A DNA stretch of 64,000 nucleotides from a virus. The notes under the pieces are model-generated. The model saw nothing but the letters and a program-made list of their open reading frames with translations. It was not told the DNA's origin and made no database searches. Of this stretch, positions 9,705-19,631 are shown one piece after another; position 1 is the first letter of the stretch; every line of letters starts with the position of its first letter. The position numbers were made by a program, and so were the translations under genes. Location: IMG/VR virus record IMGVR_UViG_3300013111_000141, positions 32,761-96,760 of that record. One strand, given 5' to 3'.

Positions 9705-10109
9705 TCAATCTAATAAATTAGGAAATACCTCGTCTACTAATTTTCTAGTCAACCATTTTACTTTCATTTTTTTATTCAATATATTAAAAACAACATCAGA
9801 TTCACCACGATGTAAACTCTCCATAAATTGAATAAATCTACGTTCACTTCTACCAGTAATAACATAAGATTCCTCTAAAAAGACTTCCAATTCAGGCAAA
9901 GTTTTATTTAAATTAGTATAACTGTATCCTTCTGGTGAATCATCAGGTATATAATTAGGCATTTTGTCAAATGCAAAATGAAAATCATCAAACATCAACT
10001 TTAATATTCGTAATAATAATGTACTATTATTCATTAATAGTACATTCTTCCTTTCTTGTGTATTTTTAGCATTATCAAATTCAAAAAACACTTCGTGTAT
10101 AAGTTTCAT
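9705..10109 (-). CDS. Conserved T4-like hypothetical protein
   Basis: C-terminal RFIQFMESLH...LVDEVFP; lies next to rnh. Confidence 0.65.
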   Translation of the reverse strand: MKLIHEVFFEFDNAKNTQERKNVLLMNNSTLLLRILKLMFDDFHFAFDKMPNYIPDDSPEGYSYTNLNKTLPELEVFLEESYVITGRSERRFIQFMESLHRGESDVVFNILNKKMKVKWLTRKLVDEVFPNLLD

Positions 10110-10974
10110 TTATATCCTCTTTTAAATTATTCATTTCTGAATATAACATAATCATTTTATTTTTAGTAAAATATTCCATCATGGTGTTATTATTTCCACC
10201 AGGCATTTTAACAAAATCATTCAATATAGATTCTGATATAACCTCTGGTATAAAATTAAAATCAATTAATTTCTCATTTCGTTTATATGCATCCACTAAA
10301 TCATCATCCAAAAGTTCATAAGGATTCTTACTCAAATCTAACCATTCGATAAGTTTATTCTTTCTCAATGGGGTTTGTCTATAATCACTCAAAAACACAT
10401 CATCTGGTGATAATACATTAGGAATACCATCTGATCTATCACCACGTAATATATGTTCTCTTAAATATTTTTTAGGATCTGTAGTTTTAATAAATTTACC
10501 AGTATTATAACTATACTGAGAAACCCCTTTATATATTTGTAGTTGTTTAAAATCTTTATCTGATGATAATATTAATATATTTTCTCTATCATGATATTCC
10601 TTTGTCAAAATAGCAATAATATCATCAGCCTCAACGGTATCTAACTCTAACAATCTATAAGGAAACCAATCAACCAAATCTTTTTTCACCGTTCTAATCG
10701 TATCAAATATAACTTTCCAATCTATATTAGAATTCTCTCTATCCTTTTTACGAGAATGTTTATAATAAGGAAATACTTCCTTTCTCCAAAAATTCTTACT
10801 GTCACAGCATATAACAACATTACCATATTTATCAGAATAACGTTTCTTTATCGATAATATATAAGTAATAAATGAATTCATCACCGACATATCTCTAATA
10901 GACTCATCAGTATTCTTCTTTTCTTCATTAATAGATAATGAAATTATAATCTGATTAAAATCCAACAATATCAT
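10081..10974 (-). CDS. rnh: T4-like RNase H (5'-3' exonuclease)
   Basis: ILLDFNQI, WRKEVFPYYK, EADDIIA, SSDKDFKQL, GDRSDGIPN. Confidence 0.92.
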   Translation of the reverse strand: MILLDFNQIIISLSINEEKKNTDESIRDMSVMNSFITYILSIKKRYSDKYGNVVICCDSKNFWRKEVFPYYKHSRKKDRENSNIDWKVIFDTIRTVKKDLVDWFPYRLLELDTVEADDIIAILTKEYHDRENILILSSDKDFKQLQIYKGVSQYSYNTGKFIKTTDPKKYLREHILRGDRSDGIPNVLSPDDVFLSDYRQTPLRKNKLIEWLDLSKNPYELLDDDLVDAYKRNEKLIDFNFIPEVISESILNDFVKMPGGNNNTMMEYFTKNKMIMLYSEMNNLKEDINETYTRSVF

Positions 10975-10983
10975 AAAATTCCT

Positions 10984-11133
10984 TCAATCATTATTAAAAT
11001 CCAAATTATTATAATCACACACCTCAACTACTGACCCACACATAGAACAATACTTAATTTCTAATACATCATCAGTAACAGTCTGTATCACATACTCCAC
11101 ATTACAATTAGTACATACCACTTCCGTTTCCAT
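10984..11133 (-). CDS. Small zinc-ribbon protein (49 aa)
   Basis: Manual ORF METEVVCTNC...YCSMCG. Confidence 0.6.
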   Translation of the reverse strand: METEVVCTNCNVEYVIQTVTDDVLEIKYCSMCGSVVEVCDYNNLDFNND

Positions 11134-11158
11134 TCAACACATCCATTTGTATCATATA

Positions 11159-11344
11159 TTAATATTCATCATCTTGTTGATGATGACCCCTTCGATTATT
11201 CTTTGGAACATATTCTTTAGAATATCTTTTATCTATCTGTTCCCATACTCTTTTACCATACATAGAAATAAAACTTTCTTTATCCATTTCTAACCAATCA
11301 TTCTCAGACTCAAAATCGATATCATGTAAATTCATTTTAGACAT
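11159..11344 (-). CDS. Hypothetical protein
   Basis: ORF with an upstream purine-rich RBS (AGGAGA/AGGTG). Confidence 0.6.
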   Translation of the reverse strand: MSKMNLHDIDFESENDWLEMDKESFISMYGKRVWEQIDKRYSKEYVPKNNRRGHHQQDDEY

Positions 11345-11367
11345 AATACTACACCTACTCTCCTAAC

Positions 11368-11499
11368 TCATTTTTTTAACAATTCTTCTATATGATCAAC
11401 TACAGAAGTACTCCTTGCGGCCAACCATACATTAATATACTTATATCCATATTTTTTACCAAATTCAATCATACTCATACTTTCAACATCATCACTCAT
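11368..11499 (-). CDS. Hypothetical protein (43 aa)
   Basis: Manual ORF MSDDVESMSMIEFGKKYG...; motif shared with both neighbours. Confidence 0.5.
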   Translation of the reverse strand: MSDDVESMSMIEFGKKYGYKYINVWLAARSTSVVDHIEELLKK

Positions 11500-11501
11500 A
11501 C

Positions 11502-11921
11502 TCATACTCCAATAACCCTATTAGCCTCTTCTATCATATCATCCGCCTCTTTTGAATATGTATAAAATTCATATTCATGTCTATCCCAATCTTCAATACA
11601 GTATTTATTGACAAAATCTTCTTTTGTCATATCATACCACTCTTCCGACTGTCCTGCATAATTATATAAATACTTAAATTCGGTAACATTCTCTGGTCGA
11701 AATGATCGCCAACCTTGTGACTTTACATCCCACACAGAGATAACTAATTCAGATACATTACCATTACCCTTTGGTAAAAACGATTCAGGAACAAAAATCA
11801 TATCTAATGTACATGACATAACACGTAAATCACCATTAACTTTATTAAAAGTTACTTCACACACACCCTCTTTTAAAGAGTTAACCATTCCACTCTTACT
11901 TCTAATATCATTCATAATCAA
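11502..11921 (-). CDS. SH3/WYL-like beta-barrel phage protein with C-terminal extension
   Basis: VTFNKVNGDLRVMSCTL...VWDVKSQGWRSFR, typical of this T4-like family. Confidence 0.7.
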   Translation of the reverse strand: MIMNDIRSKSGMVNSLKEGVCEVTFNKVNGDLRVMSCTLDMIFVPESFLPKGNGNVSELVISVWDVKSQGWRSFRPENVTEFKYLYNYAGQSEEWYDMTKEDFVNKYCIEDWDRHEYEFYTYSKEADDMIEEANRVIGV

Positions 11922-12076
11922 TCACCCTCATATAACGACACACCAGCAATCATTGATAAAAACCCAACAAACGAATATGAAATCATAGAACCAATATCAT
12001 ACGTCACAGAATCAACAACACCTAGAATAACAAAAAAACCCAAAACACTCAATAAAACACATAAAAAATTATACAT
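11918..12076 (-). CDS. Small membrane protein (52 aa)
   Basis: Manual ORF with two hydrophobic helices; GAGG RBS. Confidence 0.5.
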   Translation of the reverse strand: MYNFLCVLLSVLGFFVILGVVDSVTYDIGSMISYSFVGFLSMIAGVSLYEGD

Positions 12077-12158
12077 ATATCCTCATGTTAAACTAATTAA
12101 AAAACAAAACCAAACTATATTAATACATATCAACTCTATTAATATATCTACTATAAAA

Positions 12159-12341
12159 TCACTTATTCTTTTTAGCAATATAATCATGACTATAGTCTAT
12201 CTCACTATGCATATCCCTCTCATGATCGTGAACACTCGCATAATCACCATTTATAATCGGTATAACAAATAATATCCATAAAAAACCAACTACTATACAC
12301 CATATAGTAAGTATAATTTTCTGTATAGTTAACTTATCCAT
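12159..12341 (-). CDS. Small membrane-anchored protein, His/Asp-rich tail
   Basis: One TM helix followed by HDHERDMHSEIDYSHD. Confidence 0.5.
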   Translation of the reverse strand: MDKLTIQKIILTIWCIVVGFLWILFVIPIINGDYASVHDHERDMHSEIDYSHDYIAKKNK

Positions 12342-12347
12342 GATAGA

Positions 12348-12494
12348 TTACCCCACTAATATACTCTTTTGTACTTCCTCTATCTCAACATCAGTAAATA
12401 CCTTATTACCAACTAAAGCTGGAAACACTAATAACATTATAACTAAACCAAACATCAATCCCAATAAAACCAATCTTCTTATTAAAATACTCAT
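12348..12494 (-). CDS. Small membrane protein (48 aa)
   Basis: Manual ORF MSILIRRLVLLGLMFGLV... Confidence 0.45.
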   Translation of the reverse strand: MSILIRRLVLLGLMFGLVIMLLVFPALVGNKVFTDVEIEEVQKSILVG

Positions 12495-12512
12495 TTTAAT
12501 ACCCCATTAAAT

Positions 12513-12734
12513 TTAAAAAAACCATCTATAAACCGCAAAAGAATCAATTATAAAATAAACAACGTTCATCCACATTAGAGAATATTCATGTATCCTATAT
12601 GCATAAATACACCAAAGAACAGACGAAATACCAAACAATATAAAAGAATATGGACTAATAGTTATATTCAATGCCAACAATATTGCAGCAACAATACCAA
12701 AAATAGTTCCCCAATCATCAATATTAAGTTTCAT
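12513..12734 (-). CDS. Small three-TM membrane protein
   Basis: Three hydrophobic helices; directly downstream of a sigma70 promoter. Confidence 0.6.
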   Translation of the reverse strand: MKLNIDDWGTIFGIVAAILLALNITISPYSFILFGISSVLWCIYAYRIHEYSLMWMNVVYFIIDSFAVYRWFF

Positions 12735-12739
12735 AACAC

Positions 12740-12768
12740 ATTATACCATAACAACAACTAATTGTCAA
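12740..12768 (-). promoter_or_regulatory. Sigma70-type early promoter
   Basis: TTGACA-17 nt-TATAAT with extended TG. Confidence 0.8.
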
Positions 12769-13049
12769 GTCTTTCTTTGTAATAATTCAAAAACAATATT
12801 CACTAATTTTTCATGTGAATTGCGTCTATCCAACTCTACATTTAAAAACTCTCTAGCATAACACTCTAATTGTAATTTACTCATCAATAACAAATCATCA
12901 CGAACTAATGAATTTGGATAATTATCCAAATCATTTAAATCTAATTCAACATTAGATCGTTCTTCAATATTATCTACTGGTTTAGGTATAACACCTGCCG
13001 GTTCTTGTATTGAAGATACAAACATATCTTTAATCCATTCAAATATCAT
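12765..13049 (-). CDS. Hypothetical protein
   Basis: ORF with GAGGTG RBS; MSKLQLE.YAR...VELDRR motif. Confidence 0.6.
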   Translation of the reverse strand: MIFEWIKDMFVSSIQEPAGVIPKPVDNIEERSNVELDLNDLDNYPNSLVRDDLLLMSKLQLECYAREFLNVELDRRNSHEKLVNIVFELLQRKT

Positions 13050-13058
13050 ATTAACACC

Positions 13059-13724
13059 TCATAAACTATTATTATATCTATATATAATATCCTTAAGATT
13101 TGTTGTCCAATTGTCACGATGTTCTTTAAATACTTGTGGTGTATTATCATCAACCGCAATAATAATTACCAATTGTACTATTGGTATATTAGTACGTTCT
13201 TCCCACATTATTGCATAAGCAGCACATTGCATAAAATATGAAGATATCCATTCTTTCTTTTTCAGTTTCTTCGATGTTTTAAAATCTATAATACTTAACT
13301 TTCCATCAAATTCAGCAACACAATCTACTCTACCAGCCAACTTTAAATGATTAGAATATAACGCACATTCTTGTTCATATATACTACCAATACGGTCAAG
13401 CGTCGGTTTCACCGATGATAAGGATGATATTATATTAGGAAAATATCCTTTCGTATAATTAACATCATTATCAAGATACTTCTCTATTATTTCATGTACT
13501 TGTGTTCCACGATAAGACGCAGCATAAGAAATCTTATTAGCCTCTTCAATACCAACACGTCTTTTCCATTTATCAATAAATTCCTTTGATAATATAGATA
13601 GGACAGTTGTAACAGACGGATATTCAATACCATCTGGTGTCACATATTTCCTAGAACCATCAGATGACGTGACCGATTCCAAATCATCATAATCCTTAAA
13701 ATTAATCGGGCAATGTTCAAACAC
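13059..13724 (-). CDS. PD-(D/E)XK exonuclease
   Basis: YPSVTTVL, RGTQVH, AGRVDC, IIDFKTS, QCAAYA. Confidence 0.85.
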   Translation of the reverse strand: MFEHCPINFKDYDDLESVTSSDGSRKYVTPDGIEYPSVTTVLSILSKEFIDKWKRRVGIEEANKISYAASYRGTQVHEIIEKYLDNDVNYTKGYFPNIISSLSSVKPTLDRIGSIYEQECALYSNHLKLAGRVDCVAEFDGKLSIIDFKTSKKLKKKEWISSYFMQCAAYAIMWEERTNIPIVQLVIIIAVDDNTPQVFKEHRDNWTTNLKDIIYRYNNSL

Positions 13725-14245
13725 TAATTAACTCCAGTTGAACCAAATCCACCAGATCCCCTACTAGAAGAACCATCACCAGTACTTGGTAATTCATGCA
13801 AATCACTACATACAACTATATCAGGACTTTCATGTGGTATAAACATAATCTGAGCAATCCTATCTCCATCATTTACTCTAAATTTCTCTGAACCATGATT
13901 CTGCAATACAACACCAACAACACCACGATAATCAGAATCTATCACACCAGCTAATACATCAATCCCATGTCTTAATGCCAACCCCGACCTTGGTTTAATT
14001 ATACCTACAAATCCTTGACGTATACCAAACACCACACCAGTAGATATCAATAAACGTTCTCCTGGATATACATATGACGTTCTATGTTTTATACCAGTAG
14101 GATTATATTCATATGTAATTGTTTCATCTACAGATGCATATAAGTCGTACCCAGCAGAATAATTAGTACCTCTAGTTGGTTTTTTAGCGGTCTCATTCAT
14201 TAATATAACTTTCACACCTAATAGAGAATTTTCATCATATATCAT
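13724..14245 (-). CDS. dut: Trimeric dUTPase
   Basis: AGYDL, PRSGLA, GVIDSDYRG, DRIAQ, RGSGGFGSTG. Confidence 0.95.
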   Translation of the reverse strand: MIYDENSLLGVKVILMNETAKKPTRGTNYSAGYDLYASVDETITYEYNPTGIKHRTSYVYPGERLLISTGVVFGIRQGFVGIIKPRSGLALRHGIDVLAGVIDSDYRGVVGVVLQNHGSEKFRVNDGDRIAQIMFIPHESPDIVVCSDLHELPSTGDGSSSRGSGGFGSTGVN

Positions 14246-14436
14246 TCCCCACCCCCTATTTGATATTCATATCTCAGAACATTCCAATTCAACTTATCAT
14301 ACGGTAACATACCTTCATCTGTTGGTTTCGGTAAATTAACCCAAACCATATTAGTACCCCTATATCTAACTCTAATACGTTTATTAGATTTCCATTCATA
14401 ATTCAAATGTAACGGATTTAACACATTTTTACTCAT
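14242..14436 (-). CDS. Hypothetical protein
   Basis: ORF tightly overlapping both neighbours. Confidence 0.5.
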   Translation of the reverse strand: MSKNVLNPLHLNYEWKSNKRIRVRYRGTNMVWVNLPKPTDEGMLPYDKLNWNVLRYEYQIGGGE

Positions 14437-15193
14437 AATCTCTTACCACCTTAGTCATAGTTAATGCTTCCCACGAAATAGGGTACAACGCCCCTAATAT
14501 CCTATTCCACTCATCAGCAAGTTCACGTATCTCCAATTGAGCAGTAGAACTTTTTCTTAAATTATATGCCCGGGCCCAAGCATATAATGACCCTGTTACG
14601 AAATATTCAGTCATCATTGACTGTGGTAGAACCATTCTAGCTTGTTCTGGACACACCCCCGACGAAATCATCTCCGTATATAATCTATTTGATTTAATGA
14701 TATGAGTCATATACTCTTCTTCTAATAAGGTAGAAGTTAATCCATTCATGAATGGTTCTTTGAAATGAGTTACAAAATCAGTAGTAGAAGAACCCTGTTT
14801 AACTTTTTCTGGACGAGTTCTCCAACCATTAGTCTCTGGTACATGAAAATCAGGAACATCTGATACATATCGTCTAGACACCTCATTATAACTAAATCCA
14901 ACAACATGCTTAAATCGTTGTCTAGCAACAAAAATAGGCACCTTCTCACGTAACGTAACCATTTCATGTGTAAATGGTGTAAAATGATTATGTTTGGCCA
15001 AATACCTAATCAACTTCTTATCACCATCTTTAAGATTTGGAATAAATGCGTGTAATGTACACTCTCCATCCTCATCCACATGTTCTACAATTTCATCAAT
15101 ACCAACACCTTCAGAAAACTTATCAAATGAAACACGAGCAGAATTAACTACCGTAATATCATCACCCATATGATTAACATATTCCACTTTCAT
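14429..15193 (-). CDS. thyX: Flavin-dependent thymidylate synthase
   Basis: VNSARVSF, HFTPF, PIFVARQ..KH, NEVSRRY, PEQARMVLPQS, AQLEIR. Confidence 0.93.
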   Translation of the reverse strand: MKVEYVNHMGDDITVVNSARVSFDKFSEGVGIDEIVEHVDEDGECTLHAFIPNLKDGDKKLIRYLAKHNHFTPFTHEMVTLREKVPIFVARQRFKHVVGFSYNEVSRRYVSDVPDFHVPETNGWRTRPEKVKQGSSTTDFVTHFKEPFMNGLTSTLLEEEYMTHIIKSNRLYTEMISSGVCPEQARMVLPQSMMTEYFVTGSLYAWARAYNLRKSSTAQLEIRELADEWNRILGALYPISWEALTMTKVVRDYE

Positions 15194-15203
15194 ATATACC
15201 CCT

Positions 15204-15617
15204 TCATAACCTATTTAAATGTGACTTCCGAACCTTAACCATTATCCATGAATTATAATATTCATCACTCTCTAATACCTTGTAATCAAATTGATACTTA
15301 GCCTCAAAATACGCACATTCAGACTTAGTTTTACACAACCTTAAAATCTTTCTATCAAATTGTTCAACACCAATTTTATTTAAATCTTCTAATAATAATT
15401 CAGAAGAACCATAATAATCTCGCCAATCAGATTCTACCTTCTTCTTCTTTCTCTTTTTATTCTTTTGATATGACTTAATAGACCAAAAGAATTTCTTACC
15501 TATATACTTCTTACCATTATCTTTATTAGTTATTTCATATACAAACCCATATAAAAGTTTTGGATCTAAATTCTTGGGTACATATACCTTATTCCTATAC
15601 ATCCATGTCATACACAC
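15204..15617 (-). CDS. GIY-YIG endonuclease (endonuclease II/DenA-like)
   Basis: GFVYEITN...KYIGKK, DWRDYYGSS, YYN. Confidence 0.75.
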   Translation of the reverse strand: MCMTWMYRNKVYVPKNLDPKLLYGFVYEITNKDNGKKYIGKKFFWSIKSYQKNKKRKKKKVESDWRDYYGSSELLLEDLNKIGVEQFDRKILRLCKTKSECAYFEAKYQFDYKVLESDEYYNSWIMVKVRKSHLNRL

Positions 15618-15626
15618 ATCCTTATA

Positions 15627-16232
15627 TTACAAAATAATATCCCTCCAATCCTTATCATCAATATGTTCAATACTTCTTAATGATATTGGACCAAAATCAG
15701 TCCTACTAATTAAATTATATGATTCAAATACAAATGCCCTATTATTTACCCTAGAAAATCCACTTATTCCGGTTTTACCAAACTTAGGTTTACCCAACTT
15801 TTCTTTAACTCCAACCTTACCAAATCCTGGCCAACTGTTCTCACACATATTAGTAGATACTGCATAATAATCAGACTCCTTTTCTGCATACGTTATTGCA
15901 TCCTGTTCAAAATCCTTTCCAAGTTCAATAAGATCTTTTAATAACTTACCAGAATCCTTAAGATCAACAACATAATATGATGCCTCTGATACCTCTTTAC
16001 CACCATTCTCAATCCAAGAACCCTTTATTTTAGTAATACCATATCCACGTTTTAGTAACTTAGAACGTAAAATACTATTCTTACCCATATTCTGTTTCTT
16101 TGTATACCTAACCCCATCACCACATTCAGTCATATCTCTAAATGCCGTAATAGTACCAGTATCGTGTTCTGTCCACGCCGTCCGAATACGATTTAATGTC
16201 GATTCCGATAGAATCTTTGTTATACTGCTCAT
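15627..16232 (-). CDS. Conserved phage protein, possibly a head-internal protein
   Basis: ILSESTLNRI, TITAFR, GYG...GSWIE, LGKDFEQDAI. Confidence 0.6.
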   Translation of the reverse strand: MSSITKILSESTLNRIRTAWTEHDTGTITAFRDMTECGDGVRYTKKQNMGKNSILRSKLLKRGYGITKIKGSWIENGGKEVSEASYYVVDLKDSGKLLKDLIELGKDFEQDAITYAEKESDYYAVSTNMCENSWPGFGKVGVKEKLGKPKFGKTGISGFSRVNNRAFVFESYNLISRTDFGPISLRSIEHIDDKDWRDIIL

Positions 16233-16241
16233 AAATTTCCC

Positions 16242-17435
16242 CTAATAAACATCCGTCCAATCTCCCCTTAAACCACCAACTTCATATTCTGTAACACGAT
16301 TCTCAAAAAAGTTAGTATGATCAGGTGCATTTAATACCCAATCTAACCACGGTAACGGATTCTCTTTAACTCTATAATTAGGTTTGAATCCTAATTGTAA
16401 TAACCTTCTATCAGCAATATATCGGATATATTGTTTTACATCATCTTTATCTAAACCTTCTATACTACCGTCACCATATGACAGGTCTATAAATTTATCT
16501 TCCAATTTAACAACTTTACGTAACATACTATATATATCTTTCTTAAATTCATCAGTAACAATTCTTGGATGTTCTTCACAAAATTTCTTAAAAATTTGTG
16601 TCATACCATCAACATGCATTGTTTCATCACGGATTGACCATTCTACAACTTTACACATTCCTTTCATTTTACCAAATCTTTGAAAATTTAATAACATTAC
16701 AAATGAAGCAAATAATGAGATACCTTCAGAAAATACAGATTTGGCAATAGCAAATGTCAAATTAGAATAATTAGAGTTATCATTATCTCGCATAAAGTCA
16801 ACCTTATTAGACATTTCTTTATATTCTAAGAATGCATGAAACTCTGATTCAGGAAGTCCTAATGTATCATTCAGTAGAGCATATGCTCTTTGATGTATAC
16901 CTTCTCTAGCCGCAAACGAACCTAACATATTACGTATCTCGTTATTCTTTAACTTAGGAATAAAAAAATCATAATAATTTTGTCCTACTGCAACATCAGA
17001 TTGTGTAAATAATCTTAACACTTGAGTAATATAATCCCTTTCAGACTCCGATAATTTACCATTCTTCCAATCAGCAACGTCATCAGATAAATCAATCTCA
17101 TCTTCAATCCAATGTGACTGTTCATGTCTTTTTGTCAATTCAACAGCCCACGGATACCTAAATGGTTTATATGTTTCTGATGGTGTATTCATATTAACAG
17201 GAGTATTAAATAAAAATTTCTCTTTATTTTTCATCAATGTATCATAATTACCAAAATACTCACCATCCACAACAATTTGCGGTACAGTTCTTTGATTTAA
17301 CTTTGCAAACTCGTCCCAAACATCCCCACTTGACTGTATATCTCTTACCGTATACGTAACATCATGTTTATCAAACCATTGCTTTACATTCAAACAAAAT
17401 GAACAAGTCGGTTGTGAATATACTATTATCTCCAT
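16242..17435 (-). CDS. nrdB: Glutaredoxin-fused ribonucleotide reductase class Ia beta subunit
   Basis: N-terminal CSFC/TVPQI Grx domain; EGIHQRAY, EGISLF, RDETMH, NFFENRVTEY. Confidence 0.92.
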   Translation of the reverse strand: MEIIVYSQPTCSFCLNVKQWFDKHDVTYTVRDIQSSGDVWDEFAKLNQRTVPQIVVDGEYFGNYDTLMKNKEKFLFNTPVNMNTPSETYKPFRYPWAVELTKRHEQSHWIEDEIDLSDDVADWKNGKLSESERDYITQVLRLFTQSDVAVGQNYYDFFIPKLKNNEIRNMLGSFAAREGIHQRAYALLNDTLGLPESEFHAFLEYKEMSNKVDFMRDNDNSNYSNLTFAIAKSVFSEGISLFASFVMLLNFQRFGKMKGMCKVVEWSIRDETMHVDGMTQIFKKFCEEHPRIVTDEFKKDIYSMLRKVVKLEDKFIDLSYGDGSIEGLDKDDVKQYIRYIADRRLLQLGFKPNYRVKENPLPWLDWVLNAPDHTNFFENRVTEYEVGGLRGDWTDVY

Positions 17436-17447
17436 TTATTTCTCCCT

Positions 17448-18728
17448 TTATAAAAAACTATCCAAATCAGTCACAGGTTCAACCGAATCTATTCTTGATG
17501 TTGCAATCTCAAAATACTCTTGTTCTTTCTCGATACCGATAAAATCAAAACCCTCATCTTTTGCAGCCATTCCAGTTGAACCACTTCCCATAAATGGGTC
17601 AAGAACAGTTCCACCTTTTGGTGTTACGAGTCTGCATAGGTATTTCATTAACTCTACAGGTTTAACCGTTGGATGTATATTCTTTCGTTCTGTTACAAAT
17701 CTTCCAGTAACATCATTATCTATCTTTGATTTATCCATTTCATGTGGATCTCGTCTACCAGACATACTTGATGTCTTTTTGATAGGCATTTCATCACAAC
17801 CCTGATTTCTTTCTTTCTTAGACACCTTTGGCGAATAGAAATATCTTGCAGCTGAACCATCATCTCCATATTCTCTACCGGATGGGGATCCTGTTGATTT
17901 ATCCCAAATACCACCAGATTTTGAACCTTCACCTTTGTATTTACCAGCTTTAGTATATGGAAATACCTCTTTCACAACATCAGAACCATCATGCATTACA
18001 TTTGATGGGAATCTACCAATTGAAGTGGATTCAATATCAGACGGTTTCCAATTATCATCATGCATTACACCTAATGAAGACATTCCCCTATGTGTTCTTT
18101 CTTCATTTCGTACTCTACAACCATCAATATTAATACCACCAGTTCCATGTTTCAATACATTTGTGACAATAGTCTTTTCTGATAATGGTTTCCTAGCCAT
18201 TACAATCGGTTCGTGTGCCGGTTTTAATGCAGTTCCCCAACCTTCCCATTCTGAATTACCTCTATCTACAACAACCTCTGTAGTTGCATTTGTCTCGTTT
18301 GGTCTATAACCCTGTTCTTTTCTAGTTTTAGAAATACTTACCTGATATCCACAACTTTTAGTTCCAACTACTTCTCTTTCATTGCCCTGTTTTGCATCTA
18401 CCGATTTTCCGATGTTGTGCGACTTTGGAAACCCAGAACCATAGAGCCACATAATCTGATCTCGTATCTCAAACCCTGCGTCCTCAATAGCAACTGCCAT
18501 TCTATGATAGGTTCTAGAACCAGAAAATGCAAGTAAATGACCACCGGGTTTCAATAACTTTAATGCAAGTTCCCACGTTTCTTTAGAAAATGCTATACCA
18601 GTATCATCCCATTGTTTCCCCATAAATCCTAACTCATATGGAGGATCCGTAACAATTGATTCAACTTGCACACCATCATCTATCATCTGTTTCATTCTAT
18701 CAATACAATCATCACAATACAGTATCAT
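17448..18728 (-). CDS. Amino (N6A/N4C) DNA methyltransferase, beta class
   Basis: TDPPY, HPTVKP, DPFMGSGST; start moved to ATG 18728. Confidence 0.9.
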   Translation of the reverse strand: MILYCDDCIDRMKQMIDDGVQVESIVTDPPYELGFMGKQWDDTGIAFSKETWELALKLLKPGGHLLAFSGSRTYHRMAVAIEDAGFEIRDQIMWLYGSGFPKSHNIGKSVDAKQGNEREVVGTKSCGYQVSISKTRKEQGYRPNETNATTEVVVDRGNSEWEGWGTALKPAHEPIVMARKPLSEKTIVTNVLKHGTGGINIDGCRVRNEERTHRGMSSLGVMHDDNWKPSDIESTSIGRFPSNVMHDGSDVVKEVFPYTKAGKYKGEGSKSGGIWDKSTGSPSGREYGDDGSAARYFYSPKVSKKERNQGCDEMPIKKTSSMSGRRDPHEMDKSKIDNDVTGRFVTERKNIHPTVKPVELMKYLCRLVTPKGGTVLDPFMGSGSTGMAAKDEGFDFIGIEKEQEYFEIATSRIDSVEPVTDLDSFL

Positions 18729-18990
18729 CACCACCATCCTTACTGGGGAAAAAATCATTTACTTGATGACCTTTAAATTTAATAGTATCAGGTTTTTCAA
18801 AACACGACACATACACACGCCCCAATTCTTCCATTCTCAACTCAAATAATTTAGATACTGCAACTACATCTTCACGTTCTGAACTATCCTTCATTTTTTT
18901 AATGATTAATTCTAAATCATCAGAAAATCCCCACACCCTCATTATTAATTGATCTAACTCATACAACTTATCTATTTTATCTTTCTTCAT
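18712..18990 (-). CDS. Hypothetical protein
   Basis: ORF overlapping both neighbours. Confidence 0.55.
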   Translation of the reverse strand: MKKDKIDKLYELDQLIMRVWGFSDDLELIIKKMKDSSEREDVVAVSKLFELRMEELGRVYVSCFEKPDTIKFKGHQVNDFFPSKDGGDDTVL

Positions 18991-19232
18991 AATATACCTC
19001 TATACTTGTTATACATCCCCATATAATAATTATAACACATAGCAGAACAATACATATTTTCACACTTTTCTATCCATTCATCACTAGGATATCCATCACC
19101 ATAATAAACCATCAATGGGTTATATATCGGTGCATTTATATCAAAAAAGGCATACTTCCCATTTACTCGTTGTAATTCTGGTATATTAATAAGTCCAGCA
19201 GCCACTTTCTTTATCACATATAAATGTTTCAT
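18987..19232 (-). CDS. Hypothetical protein
   Basis: ORF in operon. Confidence 0.5.
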   Translation of the reverse strand: MKHLYVIKKVAAGLINIPELQRVNGKYAFFDINAPIYNPLMVYYGDGYPSDEWIEKCENMYCSAMCYNYYMGMYNKYRGIL

Positions 19233-19235
19233 ATA

Positions 19236-19451
19236 TCACCCACGTTCTGGAACTTCAGTACAAGTCACAAACCTTCTCATATAAAAAAAACAAAGTCTCC
19301 ATTTATTATCCTCTAATATCCACCTAGAAGTCAACCCCCACAATGCAAATTCTTCCATATTATCAGGTTTCACACCATCCATATATCTTGGTTCAGAATA
19401 TACATTAATAGATAACATAAACAATAACATAAATGTAATTAAAATCTTCAT
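19236..19451 (-). CDS. Small exported protein
   Basis: Signal-peptide-like N-terminus; two Cys. Confidence 0.5.
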   Translation of the reverse strand: MKILITFMLLFMLSINVYSEPRYMDGVKPDNMEEFALWGLTSRWILEDNKWRLCFFYMRRFVTCTEVPERG

Positions 19452-19631
19452 AGACCACTTTTGACATTAGTCAACGAACACACCCATTTAACACCATATC
19501 TATCAAATGAAACCTTATAAATATTAAACACATTACATATATTAACATCTAATACAATACCATATCCATATCGTCCAGATATAACACCATCTCCACTACA
19601 TATTTCTTTCATAACTATTCCTTACTAAAAC

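Noticed and set aside
15204-15617. Intron-encoded or mobile homing endonuclease
   Set aside because: Short stand-alone GIY-YIG with no DNA-binding tail; neighbouring genes are uninterrupted
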